64,000 nucleotides of DNA from Octopus bimaculoides (taxonomy: Eukaryota). The translations under genes were made by a program, and so were the position numbers. The notes beneath the pieces are model-generated. The model was given only the letters and a program-made list of their open reading frames with translations. It did no database searches and was not told where the DNA came from. Position 1 is the first letter of the stretch. Each line of letters begins with the position of its first letter. Positions 1 through 12,962 of this stretch are shown in pieces. The stretch covers positions 121,755,096-121,819,095 of the forward strand of contig NC_068985.1 of assembly GCF_001194135.2 (NCBI RefSeq), written 5' to 3'.

Positions 1-59
1 TTTTTTTTTTTTTTTTTTTTGTAAATTCTCACCCTCTCTTTACACACATATCTATATGC

Positions 60-560
60 TTCTTGAATTTAAAATTTTGAAAACTCGGTTTCTTGCATTT
101 TCGAAATATCTCCGTCTTCTGAAACATAGCGAAAAAAAATTTCACAAAAGTTCGAAATTTAAAGGGGAGGGGGTAATTTTTTTCTTTTTTGCATATTCTT
201 AATCTGTGACATCTAAAACATAGGGATCCGAAAATTTTTTTTCATAAAAATGCATTTTTCAAGGAGAGATGCGAAATTGCATTAGCCCCCAAAACAAACT
301 TTATCTGCAAATTGATCTTTACAAAGCCAACATGCAGCAAAAATCGCACTAAGGAACCGTTAGGATACACATATTTGATGGCTACTAATATATTATAGAA
401 GAAATTTTTGATAAATATGTTTATCACTCATATGCTTCTATTCCCGATTTAAGTCACAATTTATTAAATTCTTAAATCGAAGTTGCACGAGAGTTATTTA
501 TTTTTTAGTTTCTAAACAGCATTTTAAAAACTGGACAAAAAAGGCAATTTTTAAGAAACT
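60..560. mobile_element. Fragment related to the 23505-24364 element
   Basis: gacatctaaaacatagggatcc (~209-230) matches the reverse complement of ~23567-23590; similar AT-rich subterminal text. Confidence 0.45.
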
Positions 561-1265
561 ACGCAGAAAATTGTATTGCAATCAAAATGATTTTTAAAAT
601 CCTTTTAGATCTATAAAAGAAAGGAAATGGCCACGAGTTAATTCCAATTTTTACATTTTATCAAAGGGACAATAAAAAAAGTCAAATTCAGTTAACATAC
701 TTTTCAACTATCACTAGACCAAGTCGAGTACCAGCAGGTCACATGTTGTATGGTCTTTAGTTTGTTTTAGCCACCATAACTAAGACCATGTTGGGGCACT
801 GCCTTAAGAATTACCAATTAACACAAAGTTTATATAAATATATATACATACATTAGTTTCCGGACAGGAACTATATATGAACCTATAATTCTATCTATAT
901 CCTACAGTTTAAGAGTGTTCTTTATTTTGGATATAGCAACTCGGAAATACTGTACGTCGATATATATATAGTATTAGTATTATCTTGATCTTATATTTAC
1001 TTTGTATTATATTATACTTATTTATTGTGGTTTTAATTATTAATTTTTCTATAATGTGACATTGGATTTTCATCGATGAGTTCATGAACCTTGGTTCTTT
1101 TCCCTAAAACTATATATTTATATATAGTTTACTCTGTAAAGCTCAAATTAATTTTAATTTTTTATAAATTGATTTTAATTGAGTTTTTACCTGTAATTTT
1201 GGATTTCTATCCCTAATAATTATATATATATATATATAGTTCAGATTACATATAGTCCATCTATA

Positions 1266-1942
1266 NNNNNNNNNNNNNNNNNNNNNNNNNNNNNNNNNNN
1301 NNNNNNNNNNNNNNNNNNNNNNNNNNNNNNNNNNNNNNNNNNNNNNNNNNNNNNNNNNNNNNNNNNNNNNNNNNNNNNNNNNNNNNNNNNNNNNNNNNNN
1401 NNNNNNNNNNNNNNNNNNNNNNNNNNNNNNNNNNNNNNNNNNNNNNNNNNNNNNNNNNNNNNNNNNNNNNNNNNNNNNNNNNNNNNNNNNNNNNNNNNNN
1501 NNNNNNNNNNNNNNNNNNNNNNNNNNNNNNNNNNNNNNNNNNNNNNNNNNNNNNNNNNNNNNNNNNNNNNNNNNNNNNNNNNNNNNNNNNNNNNNNNNNN
1601 NNNNNNNNNNNNNNNNNNNNNNNNNNNNNNNNNNNNNNNNNNNNNNNNNNNNNNNNNNNNNNNNNNNNNNNNNNNNNNNNNNNNNNNNNNNNNNNNNNNN
1701 NNNNNNNNNNNNNNNNNNNNNNNNNNNNNNNNNNNNNNNNNNNNNNNNNNNNNNNNNNNNNNNNNNNNNNNNNNNNNNNNNNNNNNNNNNNNNNNNNNNN
1801 NNNNNNNNNNNNNNNNNNNNNNNNNNNNNNNNNNNNNNNNNNNNNNNNNNNNNNNNNNNNNNNNNNNNNNNNNNNNNNNNNNNNNNNNNNNNNNNNNNNN
1901 NNNNNNNNNNNNNNNNNNNNNNNNNNNNNNNNNNNNNNNNNN
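1266..1942. other. Assembly gap (N run)
   Basis: Run of N with (TA)n-rich flanks. Confidence 1.
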
Positions 1943-1953
1943 TATATATATAC

Positions 1954-1986
<33 letters not shown>

Positions 1987-3749
1987 TAATAGTCATTTTT
2001 TCATACGTGAAAGAGTTAAACAATATCAATATTACGTACTTTACATAGATATAGAGAAGGAAGTAGCTTGGCAACGTGGAGGATAGTTACTTCGACGAGG
2101 CAATGGGATAAAAAGGAACGATTTATATATTGTATTTCTAGATTAAACAATAAAAGCAAAAAATGGATTGGTGTGAATATATCTTTAACAAAGGATAGTG
2201 ATGTAGGGAGTTCACAAAGCTAAATTAAATCCGAAATTTCAACAAAAACATACAAACACAGATGTACATGTTGATAGCTGCAACACTACGTTTCTTTGTG
2301 ACGGAAATACACAGGCGAGGGACGGATAAGAGAAGAGGGGGGAGATATACTCTCAAGAAATTAAACATTGTTACAAAATGAAAACAATAAACACCTACTT
2401 TTCAGCATAAATATTTTGTAGAAGTTAAAATACGTATTTTTCAAAGAAATACTTACCAATTACTTCATTAATTTTAACTAAAAATGAAGAAATCAAATGG
2501 GTAAAAGAGATAAAGCAGCCACTCACTAATAATGGCGTAGCTGAAGTTGAAGGGGAGCGCTTATTTCGTAGTAATCACTATAATAACTACAAAAAAATGT
2601 GTTTTTATTCTTTTTGTCATCTATTACCTTGCAGACACTGACCGTTTATTTATTTATCGATTAAAATAAATAATCTAACAATATTTATGAAAATATGGAT
2701 TATTTTACTCGAAATGTGACTAAACATTCATAAATATCTAAACTAAGTAGAAAGAGAAAATATAAATGCTCCCTTGCCCACGAAAAATTTGTGTTACATT
2801 TAAAAAAATTTTTATTTAGCGCACTAAATTTTAATTTAAGCATTATATTTTCTCAATACTCCATTTAATATTTACATCAAAATATTTTACATGTGTTATT
2901 TTATTCGAATTTTGGCAATGTGTAATTTATTAATTTTGCATGTGATACAAAATAAATGCTATGATTTTATGAGGCATTTTCTGGGGTTATTTTTGATTTA
3001 GAATATTTAGATGTTTTAATGATCCACGTAAGCAATTTTTAAATAATTACTTATAGCCATGTTCTAAATGAGAAAAATATAATAAATATTTAATTTATAG
3101 TTGTGACTAACAAATTGGGTTTCGTAAAAAAAATAGATACAAATATAAAGCACTTATTAATTCACCAAGGGTATTTAAAGCACATAAATAGCTTCAATCA
3201 TTCACCGAAATAGAATCTCTCATTGATATGATGGAATTTGCTGTTGAATGTTAGAAATAATTTTGTATTGAGAATTAGGTAGAAATTCACCTCTAAAACT
3301 ATACTTTAGTATATGTTTGTAGAGTATATTTCCTATTTGTCCCAAAACTAGGTAATCTAAACCAAATGCAGGCATAATTCCTAGAGACAAAATCTTGACA
3401 AATATTTGAGGTTACTATATGCTTGCAGGGTGTATTAATTTTGTTTGCCTCCACACTGGGTAAAATGCCAAATTCAGGAATAATTCTCAGGGACAAAAGC
3501 TCAGCAAGCTAGTATGTATTTGGTTATATTATCTTCATACTTTACTAAATGACAAGATTTCTTGAAACAGGCAGGAAACATTACATATGAAATAATATAT
3601 GATAAAACAATTGAAAGAGATCTTATACTAAAAACATTCCTAATTCATGAAGACATTAAAAAATTATGTGGTAAAATGATGTTAAAGAGGAGAAAATTGT
3701 AGAAATATTGATGTAACAACTATTGATTCCCAGTTTGAGTTCTAGGAAT

Positions 3750-4395
3750 ATCTGATTGGACAAGTAATTTAGTGAGGAACTTTACAATGGGTTAGAATGG
3801 ATGCCAAGAGGAATGAAATTATTTGAGTAAGTGATATTCAAATTGTGAGGTCAGAGGAGCACAAACTAGCATAGTACCAATATAGTACCTACAGACAATA
3901 CAGAGAAAGGCAGAAAATACAGGACACCTATGGTTATTTATGAGTAAATCTCTCTCACTCAGTCAAATTGAATTCTTTACATACATTCTTGAGTATTTGT
4001 GCACCATCACCCACTGAGGGATGTGAACAGTATTCTTTAGTGAAGAACATTTGTGCATTAGGCCAGAAATTATTTCCTTCCTATCCTTAGAAAGAAGTGA
4101 AAAGTGATAACATCTGCATAGGTGTTATGTGATTAGATCTAAGAGTAAGAAAGTCATCAATGAGTAGAAAGATAAGGGTGAAAGACATACCTGAATCCTG
4201 GGGCACAGTAGAATTAATAGAACAAGAATCTGGGAGAATCCTGTTGCTATGAGATTTTTATGTCTAATACAGTTGAAGGCTTTGCTAAATGCCAAGGACA
4301 ATAACATTACTTTTGCATAAGTTCCCAAGAGAAAGACGTTACTGCTGTGTAGCAGTAGATTTAGCTCTATAGAAACCATATTAATAGTCAATGAG
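3750..4395 (-). mobile_element. Highly degraded CR1/L2-type LINE reverse-transcriptase remnant
   Basis: SLAFSKAFNCIRHKNLI resembles LD-SKAFD-V-H--L-, and CPRIQVCLSPLSF resembles VPQGSVLSP-LF. The left boundary is a rough estimate. Confidence 0.55.
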
Positions 4396-5740
4396 TATGG
4401 AAAGACACTCAGGTAGTAAAGAAAATAGTTGTTTATAAATCTCTATACAACAGTTTAGATGTTGGCAGTAGTTGATAGATCAGAGTTACCAACAAGTAGC
4501 TGTCCAAGAAATGATTATTTCTCTTTCATTAAACACAACAGAAAACAAAGCAAAGATCAAGCTTCATTGATCCTTCTAATACAAGGATCAGCTTTAATTT
4601 GGCTGATGTATCATATATAGCATTGTTTTAACTAATCTGTTACATGTTATAGAAGCAAGATACTTTCAAGTAAGTTACTTGACTACTGACCATATAGTCA
4701 TAAATTCAAACCTGAAAGAGAGCCTTAAATAAAATGAAATAAAAATATTGCTTTAACAAAAACAATTCCACTCATAAAGCATGGAATAATGGATGAGAAT
4801 TCAAAAATAAAAATAAAAAAATCTCAGTGGACAATTTGTTGCCCACAAGTTGCAGATTGCAGTAATTTAAACTTAGTTGGATGCTCTAAATAAATTTTTT
4901 TCCATTAATTCTATGCCAAGTTTTCTGAATTTGCTAATGATAGAAGGAATTTCTTGATACATTTTCTATTCTTCGGGCTGTATTTCTCACTCTCTTAGTT
5001 AAATTTATAACACTGTTTTAATTATAGTCAACTCAGATTAAAAATTTTTTTTTTTTTTTTTATGTTTCATTTGTCCCAAGTTCAAGTTACTAAGTCTCTT
5101 CAGTGAAAAGTAAATCTTTGCCCCATAGGAATTTTCACTGATTTAAGAGTAAGAACTTGTAACATGAAGTATTTCAATAAGTTGACACTAACTCCACCAC
5201 TCAATGGCCTTTTAAACCAGATCCTTGGAATGAATATGCAGTTGTAATTATTAGGTAACTTGAAGGGTTTGTGCTTCAAGTACTGGAAATACACATGAGA
5301 ATGAAAAGACCTTCATAGAGTAAATATTGGAAAAAAGACTGCAATTAATGCTTGATGTAGTGTATAACTCTTTCTTAATAAAATAATTTTTATTTATCTT
5401 CAAAATAATCAAGAATTTGTTGGGATCTTATAGCCAGCTTCTTTGTTATCAAGTTAGTATTTAAAACATAAAAAAAGAGAGAACAAATGTAAAATTACGA
5501 TGAAAGGTTTTAATTTTCATATGAACACTTTAAAATGAGCATGTTTTTATATCATTAAATTAGAGGAAGTCTATAGTGGCTTGATATCAAAAGGGTTAAG
5601 GTTGAAAATAGGAAACTGTAGTTCATGGCTGACAATGACTTTTTCGTGCTTGACAGTTTTTGGTCATGCCACTGACAAATTAATACTGCCATACTAACTC
5701 AATACTGACAAGGCAGTTTGTCAATCTGAATACTCCTGCC

Positions 5741-6148
5741 AGGCGGAAAGCTGGCCGAAACGTTAGCACGCTGGGCAAAATGCTTAGCGATATTTCGTCT
5801 GCTGTTACGTTCTGAGTTCAAATTCTGCCGAGGTCGATATATTAAGTGCCAGTTACACACTGGGGTCGATGTAATTGACTTAATCCCTTTGTCTGTCTTT
5901 GTTTGTCCCCTCTATGTTTAGCCCCTTGTGGGCAATAAAGAAATAAGAAACGTTAGCACACCGGGTGAAATGCTTAGCGGTATTTCGTCTGTCTTTACGT
6001 CCTGAGTTCAAATTCCGCTGAGGTTGACTTTGCCTTTCATCTTTTCAGGGTCGATAAATTAAGTACCAGTTGCATACTGGGGTCGATCTAATCGACTGCC
6101 CCCAACCTCCCCAAAAATTTCGGGCCTTGTGCCTAGAGTAGAAAAGAA
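5741..6148 (+). mobile_element. tRNA-headed SINE with two tandem subunits
   Basis: gaaacgttagcac...gagttcaaatt (A/B-box-like) appears twice; the family recurs near 16255-16620, 28425-28625, 30870-31045, 32195-32400 and 36345-36540. Confidence 0.8.
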
Positions 6149-7157
6149 TCTTAATACTCCTTTTTACCAGCTAAATGAACTAGAAATTCAAATACATATT
6201 TTTTTTTATTAGTTGGCTGTAAATCACAACTGTATTTCTCTCCAGCCTTCTCAGATTTTTCACATTCAATGGCCATGTCTTTGTAGTGCACACCTTACTT
6301 CATGTGGTATGACTTTTTTATAGTGAAAGAAGCAATTTGTCAACAGAGTTAACATCCTGCTGAAATTATTCCATACTTTAACTCTACCTACAAGGCTCTT
6401 ATTCAACTGTCATATTACAAAAGTAATAAAACATATCAACTATATCTAGGGTCAACTTATATGAGTAGATCAGAGATTATATTTTAAGGTTGCTCCTCAT
6501 GCTGACTATTCTATAGATCTAATGATTTTGAAAACCTGATTCTTAATCAATCTACCAAATATCCTACCTCACTTTTGTATATCACTTATTTGTACTGAAT
6601 ACACAGTATTGAGTTCCTATCTACTCTCTTCCCTACATCAAAGTTATGTACCAGATTGCAGGATTATGTACCAGGTTGCAGTGGGATCTAGTGATACCAC
6701 TTATTAATTTGTACTTTGTTCCTTACAATGCTGACCTTCAAACTTTTGAACTCCATAACAGGAACCAAGTTATTGATGCAGAGAATCTGGACCCCCTTGC
6801 AAAGTCTATCAAGGAGCAGCAGAGGAAGTACCAAACCTAGAAGATGGTCTTGAGTTCAACTAGTGAACTGATTTCTTATTGCTTAGTAAGGAACTAAGGA
6901 AAAGAACTTTAGTGAATGCCTACCTATGAATTAACTTTTTCACTATACTAATATCAAACTTAAGCTTGCTTTCAGGATCTTAGTACAGAGTTTTTTCAGA
7001 AGCCATCCTCTTGAAAAACTTTTCAGCAGTGTGGGTCATAGTTAAAGCCTTTCTAGATGCTTGCAGGAAGAGCTGAGCAGTTTCTTCTTCCCTAAAAACG
7101 TCTCTCAGAAGAGGCTTGTCTAAGATTATTTCAGATATTTTCAAGATCCAGGTAAAG

Positions 7158-7685
7158 GTAGACCCAGGAAGACATGGGATGAGGTGGTGAAACATGATCT
7201 TCGAACTTTGAGCCTCACTGGGGCAAAGACTGATGACCGAGACCTTTGGCGATGTGCTGTGCTTGAGAGGACCCGTCAAGTCAAGTGCACTCGTGCTGGT
7301 GGCACGTAAAGAACATCTTTTGAACATTGGGCCCCAAGGAGGCAAAGTGGCTGAGTTCCTTTCAAGTGTACGACCTCATGGAAGCAATGACCAAGACCTT
7401 TGGTATTATATTGTGCTTGAGAAGAAGACCCATCAAGCCAAGCAAAATCAGTCGTGGCAGATACTGGTGTCACACAAATTGGCATGTAAATGCTCCCCAG
7501 TGTCATGCAAATGGCACCTGTGCTGGTTGCGCATAAAAGCATCCATTACACTCTCAAAGTGGTTGGCATTAGGAAGGGCATCCAGTTGTAGAAAGCCATG
7601 CCAAATCAGACTGGAGCCTGGCCCAGCCAAACCACCCAACCCATGCCAGCTTGGACAACAGATGTTAAATGATGATGATGATGAT
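7158..7685 (+). mobile_element. RTE-like LINE 3' fragment
   Basis: Homologous to 62820-63479; ends gatgttaaatgatgatgatgatgat. Confidence 0.85.
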
Positions 7686-8391
7686 TGTACATTGGTTTGA
7701 AGGTCTGAAATTGTCTCAGAACACCACCTTTACCTCTGATTCTGCAACACCATGTGAGATCAAATTATGTCCTATATTCTTTTAGTTATTTTGATCATTG
7801 GGCTGCTGCTATTCTTTGACACTACCTTGAAAACATATGTACCAGATTTGAAGATAACACATTCTTTCTCTTACACAGTTGCTCAACCTGCTATAGATAG
7901 CAGCTAAATTTCTTCAAATATCTTGTTTTCGAAAAAGTAAGAAGATATTACATAGTATATCTAAAAAGGACCTTTATCAGCATCTTACACAGTATTCTAT
8001 GTACAGCTTAGGATTGATAACAAGTACAACAAAAAATTTAGTACATAGATTGGTGTCTACCAGAGTGTTGTTCTTTGCTGCTCAATATTCAGTATAGTTC
8101 TCAGAGCAATGAAAAGATGGAATGTCTTTGATCCAAACTTGTTTTACATCAGGGCCAAATTGAGATTAAACAACAAAGTTATCAATAGGGCAAATGATAA
8201 AAATAGATAGTTTCAATAATTTAGCAACTATACTTGATCAACCTAGCGTCTCAGTTAGTTCCACTTCAAATGCCTTAATTATATTTTTAATTCAAAAACC
8301 ACCCATATTAATACCCCTCCCATTTATATCATAATTATTGTCACCATCATTGTTTCTATATCTACTTTTTTCATGCTAGCACAGATTAGAT

Positions 8392-8529
8392 GAAACTTAC
8401 AGCTGTTTCGGCCTAGCGTTGGCATGCCCCATTCTATCTCTATAGCTCCTGTATGCCGGAGTAATTAGCAGATGAAAATGATGTAATGGGGGTACATGCA
8501 TGATTCGCTAGGCCTCTTCAGAGATTTAC
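8392..8529 (-). ncRNA. Hammerhead ribozyme motif with an 87-nt loop in stem II
   Basis: Minus strand: aaatct-CTGAAGA-GGCCTAGCG...CGCTAGGCC-GAAAC-AGCT-GTA-agttt. Perfect 9-bp stem II, palindromic ACAGCTGT stem III, short imperfect stem I. Confidence 0.6.
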
Positions 8530-9035
8530 AAAATTCAATACAAATATAAAATAAGAATAAAGTAAAAAAAAATAATAAAAAATGAAAATATAAAAATATA
8601 AGGCACATAAAAAAGCCTACAAACCGTATATAAAACCATATAAATAGTTATAAACACTCCAATACACATGCCTGTGCCTGTATACATAACCATACGTAGA
8701 TATATATGGATACAAAAGCATAGATGAGTACATATGTGTGTCCAGATGCACATACACAGATGGCTGTACATGCACACCAAAATAGTCAACAGTCACTGCC
8801 ACCACATGTGAGGGGGACATACACATATATATCTATCCCCTCACACATATGTACATACATACATATATGTATATATAAATATTCCCATACATACATGATC
8901 CCTGGCATGAACGTTATTTGTTGCGTTTTGAAAGCTGTTTATATGTTAAAATTTGTTGGGTGCGTGTGTGTCAGTTCTGTATGTGGTGGATGGGTCTAAG
9001 TGGAAGTTATTTCTTGAGGAGTTATTGATACACTA

Positions 9036-9037
<2 letters not shown>

Positions 9038-9072
<35 letters not shown>

Positions 9073-9097
9073 CAACAACAGCAACAATAATAATAAT
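9038..9097. repeat. (AAT)n/(AAC)n microsatellite
   Basis: Read directly from the sequence. Confidence 0.9.
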
Positions 9098-9629
9098 ATG
9101 CCAACTTTTTGAACTTTGTGATGAGGTACTCCGTTATTTTTTCCTATGGAGAAGATCAGGTCATTCTAGTAGTGGGTATTAGAAATTCTGCTGCTATTTG
9201 GGGAGGGGTAATTTATACTGCTAATTCCTCTCATCTAATTGGACAACTATTGTTTCAAACTATCTAGGCTTAACTACAGTTGGATAGACACCAACTGGTC
9301 AAGAGGGTTAGGCACGCATGCATACGTACACATACACACATGCGCGTGTTTTTTATATTTATATCTATATATACACGCGTACATATATGTATATATACGC
9401 ATATACATACACACATACACATCCCTTCATTTCTGTATATACTTATATAGATGGATTGTATATACCAATACAAAGATTAAATGAGTTATTGATTAGATTA
9501 TTAAGAAGTCTATATGCAGAAATAAATAAATAAATAAATAACTATCCTTATGTACATATACACGCTTACACGACCACACTATAATACGGGGTAAAGTAAC
9601 AAGACAAAGCCATAATATATTAAAATATA

Positions 9630-9747
9630 TAGCAAATCATGCATGTCACCCATTACATCATTTTCATCTGCTAATTACTCCGGCGTACAGGAGCTATAGA
9701 GATAGAATGGGGCATGCCAACGCTAGGCCGAAACAGCTGTAAGTTTC
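9630..9747 (+). repeat. Inverted, 5'-truncated partner of the 8392-8510 hammerhead repeat
   Basis: Near-identical reverse complement of 8392-8510, ending at the same cagctgtaagtttc; lacks CTGAAGA. Confidence 0.85.
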
Positions 9748-12087
9748 TGTCCATTCTCCAATAGCTAAATGTCCTTTATATTTGTAACCTTAATTGTTAA
9801 TATGACATGGTATGTCATAAGTATCTGTATATTGTGGTTTTTGTCAATTTAGTTATAAAATAAACAGATTAATCAACGGAATACATTGTCTGCAAGTCAA
9901 TGGATACTGCATATTCTCCTCCATTTTCTCATTGCTATATAAATTTAGGGTAAAATAACCCCCTTTTACCTGCACCCACTTATTGCACTTGGTATAACAC
10001 TAGTGTAACAATAATTGGGTACCCTCCCAGCAGTATATTGGATAGATACTATCCCTTAGTGGGTTGAATCCTCAACCCCTAACTCTCTTGGAATATATAT
10101 ATATATATATTGCACAGTGAAAACGATCCAGAAACCACATGACTGCAAAGCAAACATCTTAACCACACAGCCATGGCTGCAGTTAGTGTTAAAAAAACTA
10201 AACAGCTTACAGAATATGGTAAACATGAATTATTCTAGTGTTAGAACAACAGACCCACCGATAATACTACTAATAATAATCCTTTCTACTACAGACACAA
10301 GGCCTGAAATTTTTGCGGATGGGTAAGTCAATTAAAGTAAAGATGGATGAAATGCTACTAAGCATTTTACCTGGCGTGCAAACGGTTCTGCCAGCTTGCT
10401 GCCTTACTACTACTACTACTAATAATAATAATAAATGGTCTGGGCTATGTAGTGGGAAACATGATCTAAAACTGGTTGAGCAAACATGCAGAGGCTTGTC
10501 ATGCACAATGTAGAGCTGGCTGGTGATAAGCTAAAACTCATTGGCCACTCGTCTGGTTGTCCCATACTATATCACACATCCTTCTCCCCTTTGTTGTTTT
10601 GAAGTTTACTTTTCCATGCTTGTATGGGTCAGATGGAATTCAGTACAGCAGATTTTCTCACCTGCTTCCAAGCAAAGTAATAATATTTCCCTATCATTGG
10701 ACATGTTTTCACAGAAAATTGGAAATGAATGAAACCACTCATTTACAGCTATTACACGATACCAGGACCAGGAGAAACAAACACACAACATCCAGCAAAC
10801 TTCCTTCTGTTTTTTTCTCTGCCAAGTCCACTCACAAGGTTTTGGTTAGCCCAGGACTATAAGACACTTGTCCAGCATGCTACACATTGAGATTGAACCC
10901 AAAACAATATCGCTAGCAAGCAAGCTTTTTCCTTTCTAAGTGGTACTCAGTACCTGGACATAAGAGGCAAAGATACTGTTATTTTAGTTGGCAGTATTAT
11001 AACTCTGTTATGAGGGCACATAGCCTAGTGGTTAGGGTATTACACCCATGATCACAAGATTGTGGTTTCAATTCCTGGACCAAGTGGTGCATTGTGTTCT
11101 TGAACAAAACACCTTATCTCATGTTGCTCTGTAATCACTTTGATACTTGATATGTGGTATAACATGCACTTATTCAAGCAGTGTTGATTTGATGGAGGGA
11201 GTAAAAGTTAATGTACAGCCCATATATTTGGTCACTATAAACAAATTATTTGTGCAGGTTGTTCAGCAAGAAATTGCTGAACTGTCTTTCTTGGACTATG
11301 AGAGACTACCATCATATTACTATATGAGTTCCTTTGGTTTGCTTTTCTTGGTGGTGGTGGGGATAGCTGCCATTTCTACATCAGTTTTTAGGGAGACAAG
11401 ATATACAAATTCAAATATCTGCATGTGACAGTAAAGCAAGTACTTTCCCCATATAACTGGATGGTCTAATACATAAAAATCACACTTCCATGATGAGGAA
11501 ATAACCTTTTTTCTGTTTTAGATAAAACAGACGAAAGCAAGGTGATGGATATCAGGATAACCAGATGAGAGGTCTGTAGTTTGTAGCCAGCACTATACTG
11601 TGCCCCACATGCCTCTACATGGCTACTTGATTACCTAGAAATAGCAACTAAATCTTATCTTCATCAAATCATTACCATTTTGAAAAAGGAAGAACACATT
11701 GAATCATGTGATCATGAATATGCTATCCTTGAAAACAAAACAGGACAGTCTAGCCATGGTTGGGATGTCTTTGCACTATCAGGGTTGATCTGGAATTAAA
11801 CAACATTCTGCTAGACAAGCCAAACAAACCGCTAAGTGGTTGCTCAATCTTCTAGAAATAACAGCACAATGATAAATAGAGAATATAAATGTTAAGAGTC
11901 AACTATAGTAGTTCAAATAGAGAGCATGAGTTCAATTTCTGGGTCAATCAACCTCTATACTATGGAGCAAACACGGCTTGTGGTTAAGAAGTTTGCTTCA
12001 CAACCACATGGATTTGGGTTCAGTCCCACTGTGTTACAGTTTGAATAAGTGTTTTGTTCATATATATATATAGCTTTAATGTTTATC

Positions 12088-12435
12088 TTTTACTTGTTTC
12101 ACTCATTAGACTATGGCCATGCTGGGGCACCACCTTGAGGAACTTTTAGTTGAACTAATCAACCCCAATACTTATTTTCTTTTAATGCCTAGCACTTATT
12201 CTATCAGTCTCTTTTGCCAAACCACTAAGTTGTGGGGACATAAACACACCAACACTGATTGTCAAATGGAGGACAAACCACCACTTGACAACTGGTGTTG
12301 GTGCATTTATGTCCCCATAACTTAGCAGTTTGACAAGAGACTGACAGAATAAGTCCTAGGATCAATTTGTTTGAATAAAACCCTTCAATGTGGTGCCCCA
12401 GCATGACTGCAGTCAAATGACTGATACAAGTAAAA
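12088..12435. repeat. Foldback of two back-to-back SINE 3' halves
   Basis: Left arm ttttacttgtttcactcattagactatggccatgctgggg... mirrored by ...ccccagcatgactgcagtcaaatgactgatacaagtaaaa; loop about 12269-12280. Single copies near 27050-27210, 28800-28995 and 63855-64000. Confidence 0.8.
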
Positions 12436-12915
12436 AATAAAAGCTATGTAGTGAGCATGAGTGTATGTCTCCTTCTCTTGACAGCTGCATTCAATGTTAA
12501 CTAAATCACCACTTGCAGAAAGAAGATGTTAATTATTTACAATCTGTGATGAAAATATGCCTAACAACTGAACTGTTTCAGTTACAAGGATTTGGGGAAA
12601 TATTACTTTGCTAGAAACAAGTGAAGATTGGTGACAGGAAGAACATCCAGCCATGGAAGATCTGTTGCAGGTTTCATGTAAACAAAGCAAGCATGAAAAA
12701 AATAGTCATTAAAATGATGTTTGAGTAGAACAAGCAAGAGATATCCCATATATAGTCAACTAAATGAGAATGTTCTAACCTTAACCCCAACCTGGATTAA
12801 ATAATAGGTTCTTAACATTCTGAATATTATAGATACCTGAATAAGGTAGGGAGTTTCAATGCTTGAACCATTGACTATAACAGACAGGATACAAGACCAA
12901 ATAAATCAAAGTGTG

Positions 12916-12960
<45 letters not shown>

Positions 12961-12962
<2 letters not shown>

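Noticed and set aside
1143-2074. Long ORFs of 270 and 277 aa in the track
   Set aside because: Almost all X from the N gap plus (TA)n; the same applies to the ORFs over 41209-41829 and 61229-61475.
2280-2330. Minus-strand GAAACGTAGTGTTG similar to the hammerhead family end
   Set aside because: No CTGANGA or stem II upstream.
6400-7155. ORF pieces 6646-6840 (+) and 6980-7345 (-)
   Set aside because: The latter is partly antisense RTE; the rest shows no family motif or consistent splice structure.
8535-9533. Cluster of overlapping Tyr/Ile/His/Cys-rich ORFs
   Set aside because: Translations of (TA)n/(CA)n-like simple sequence with no domain.
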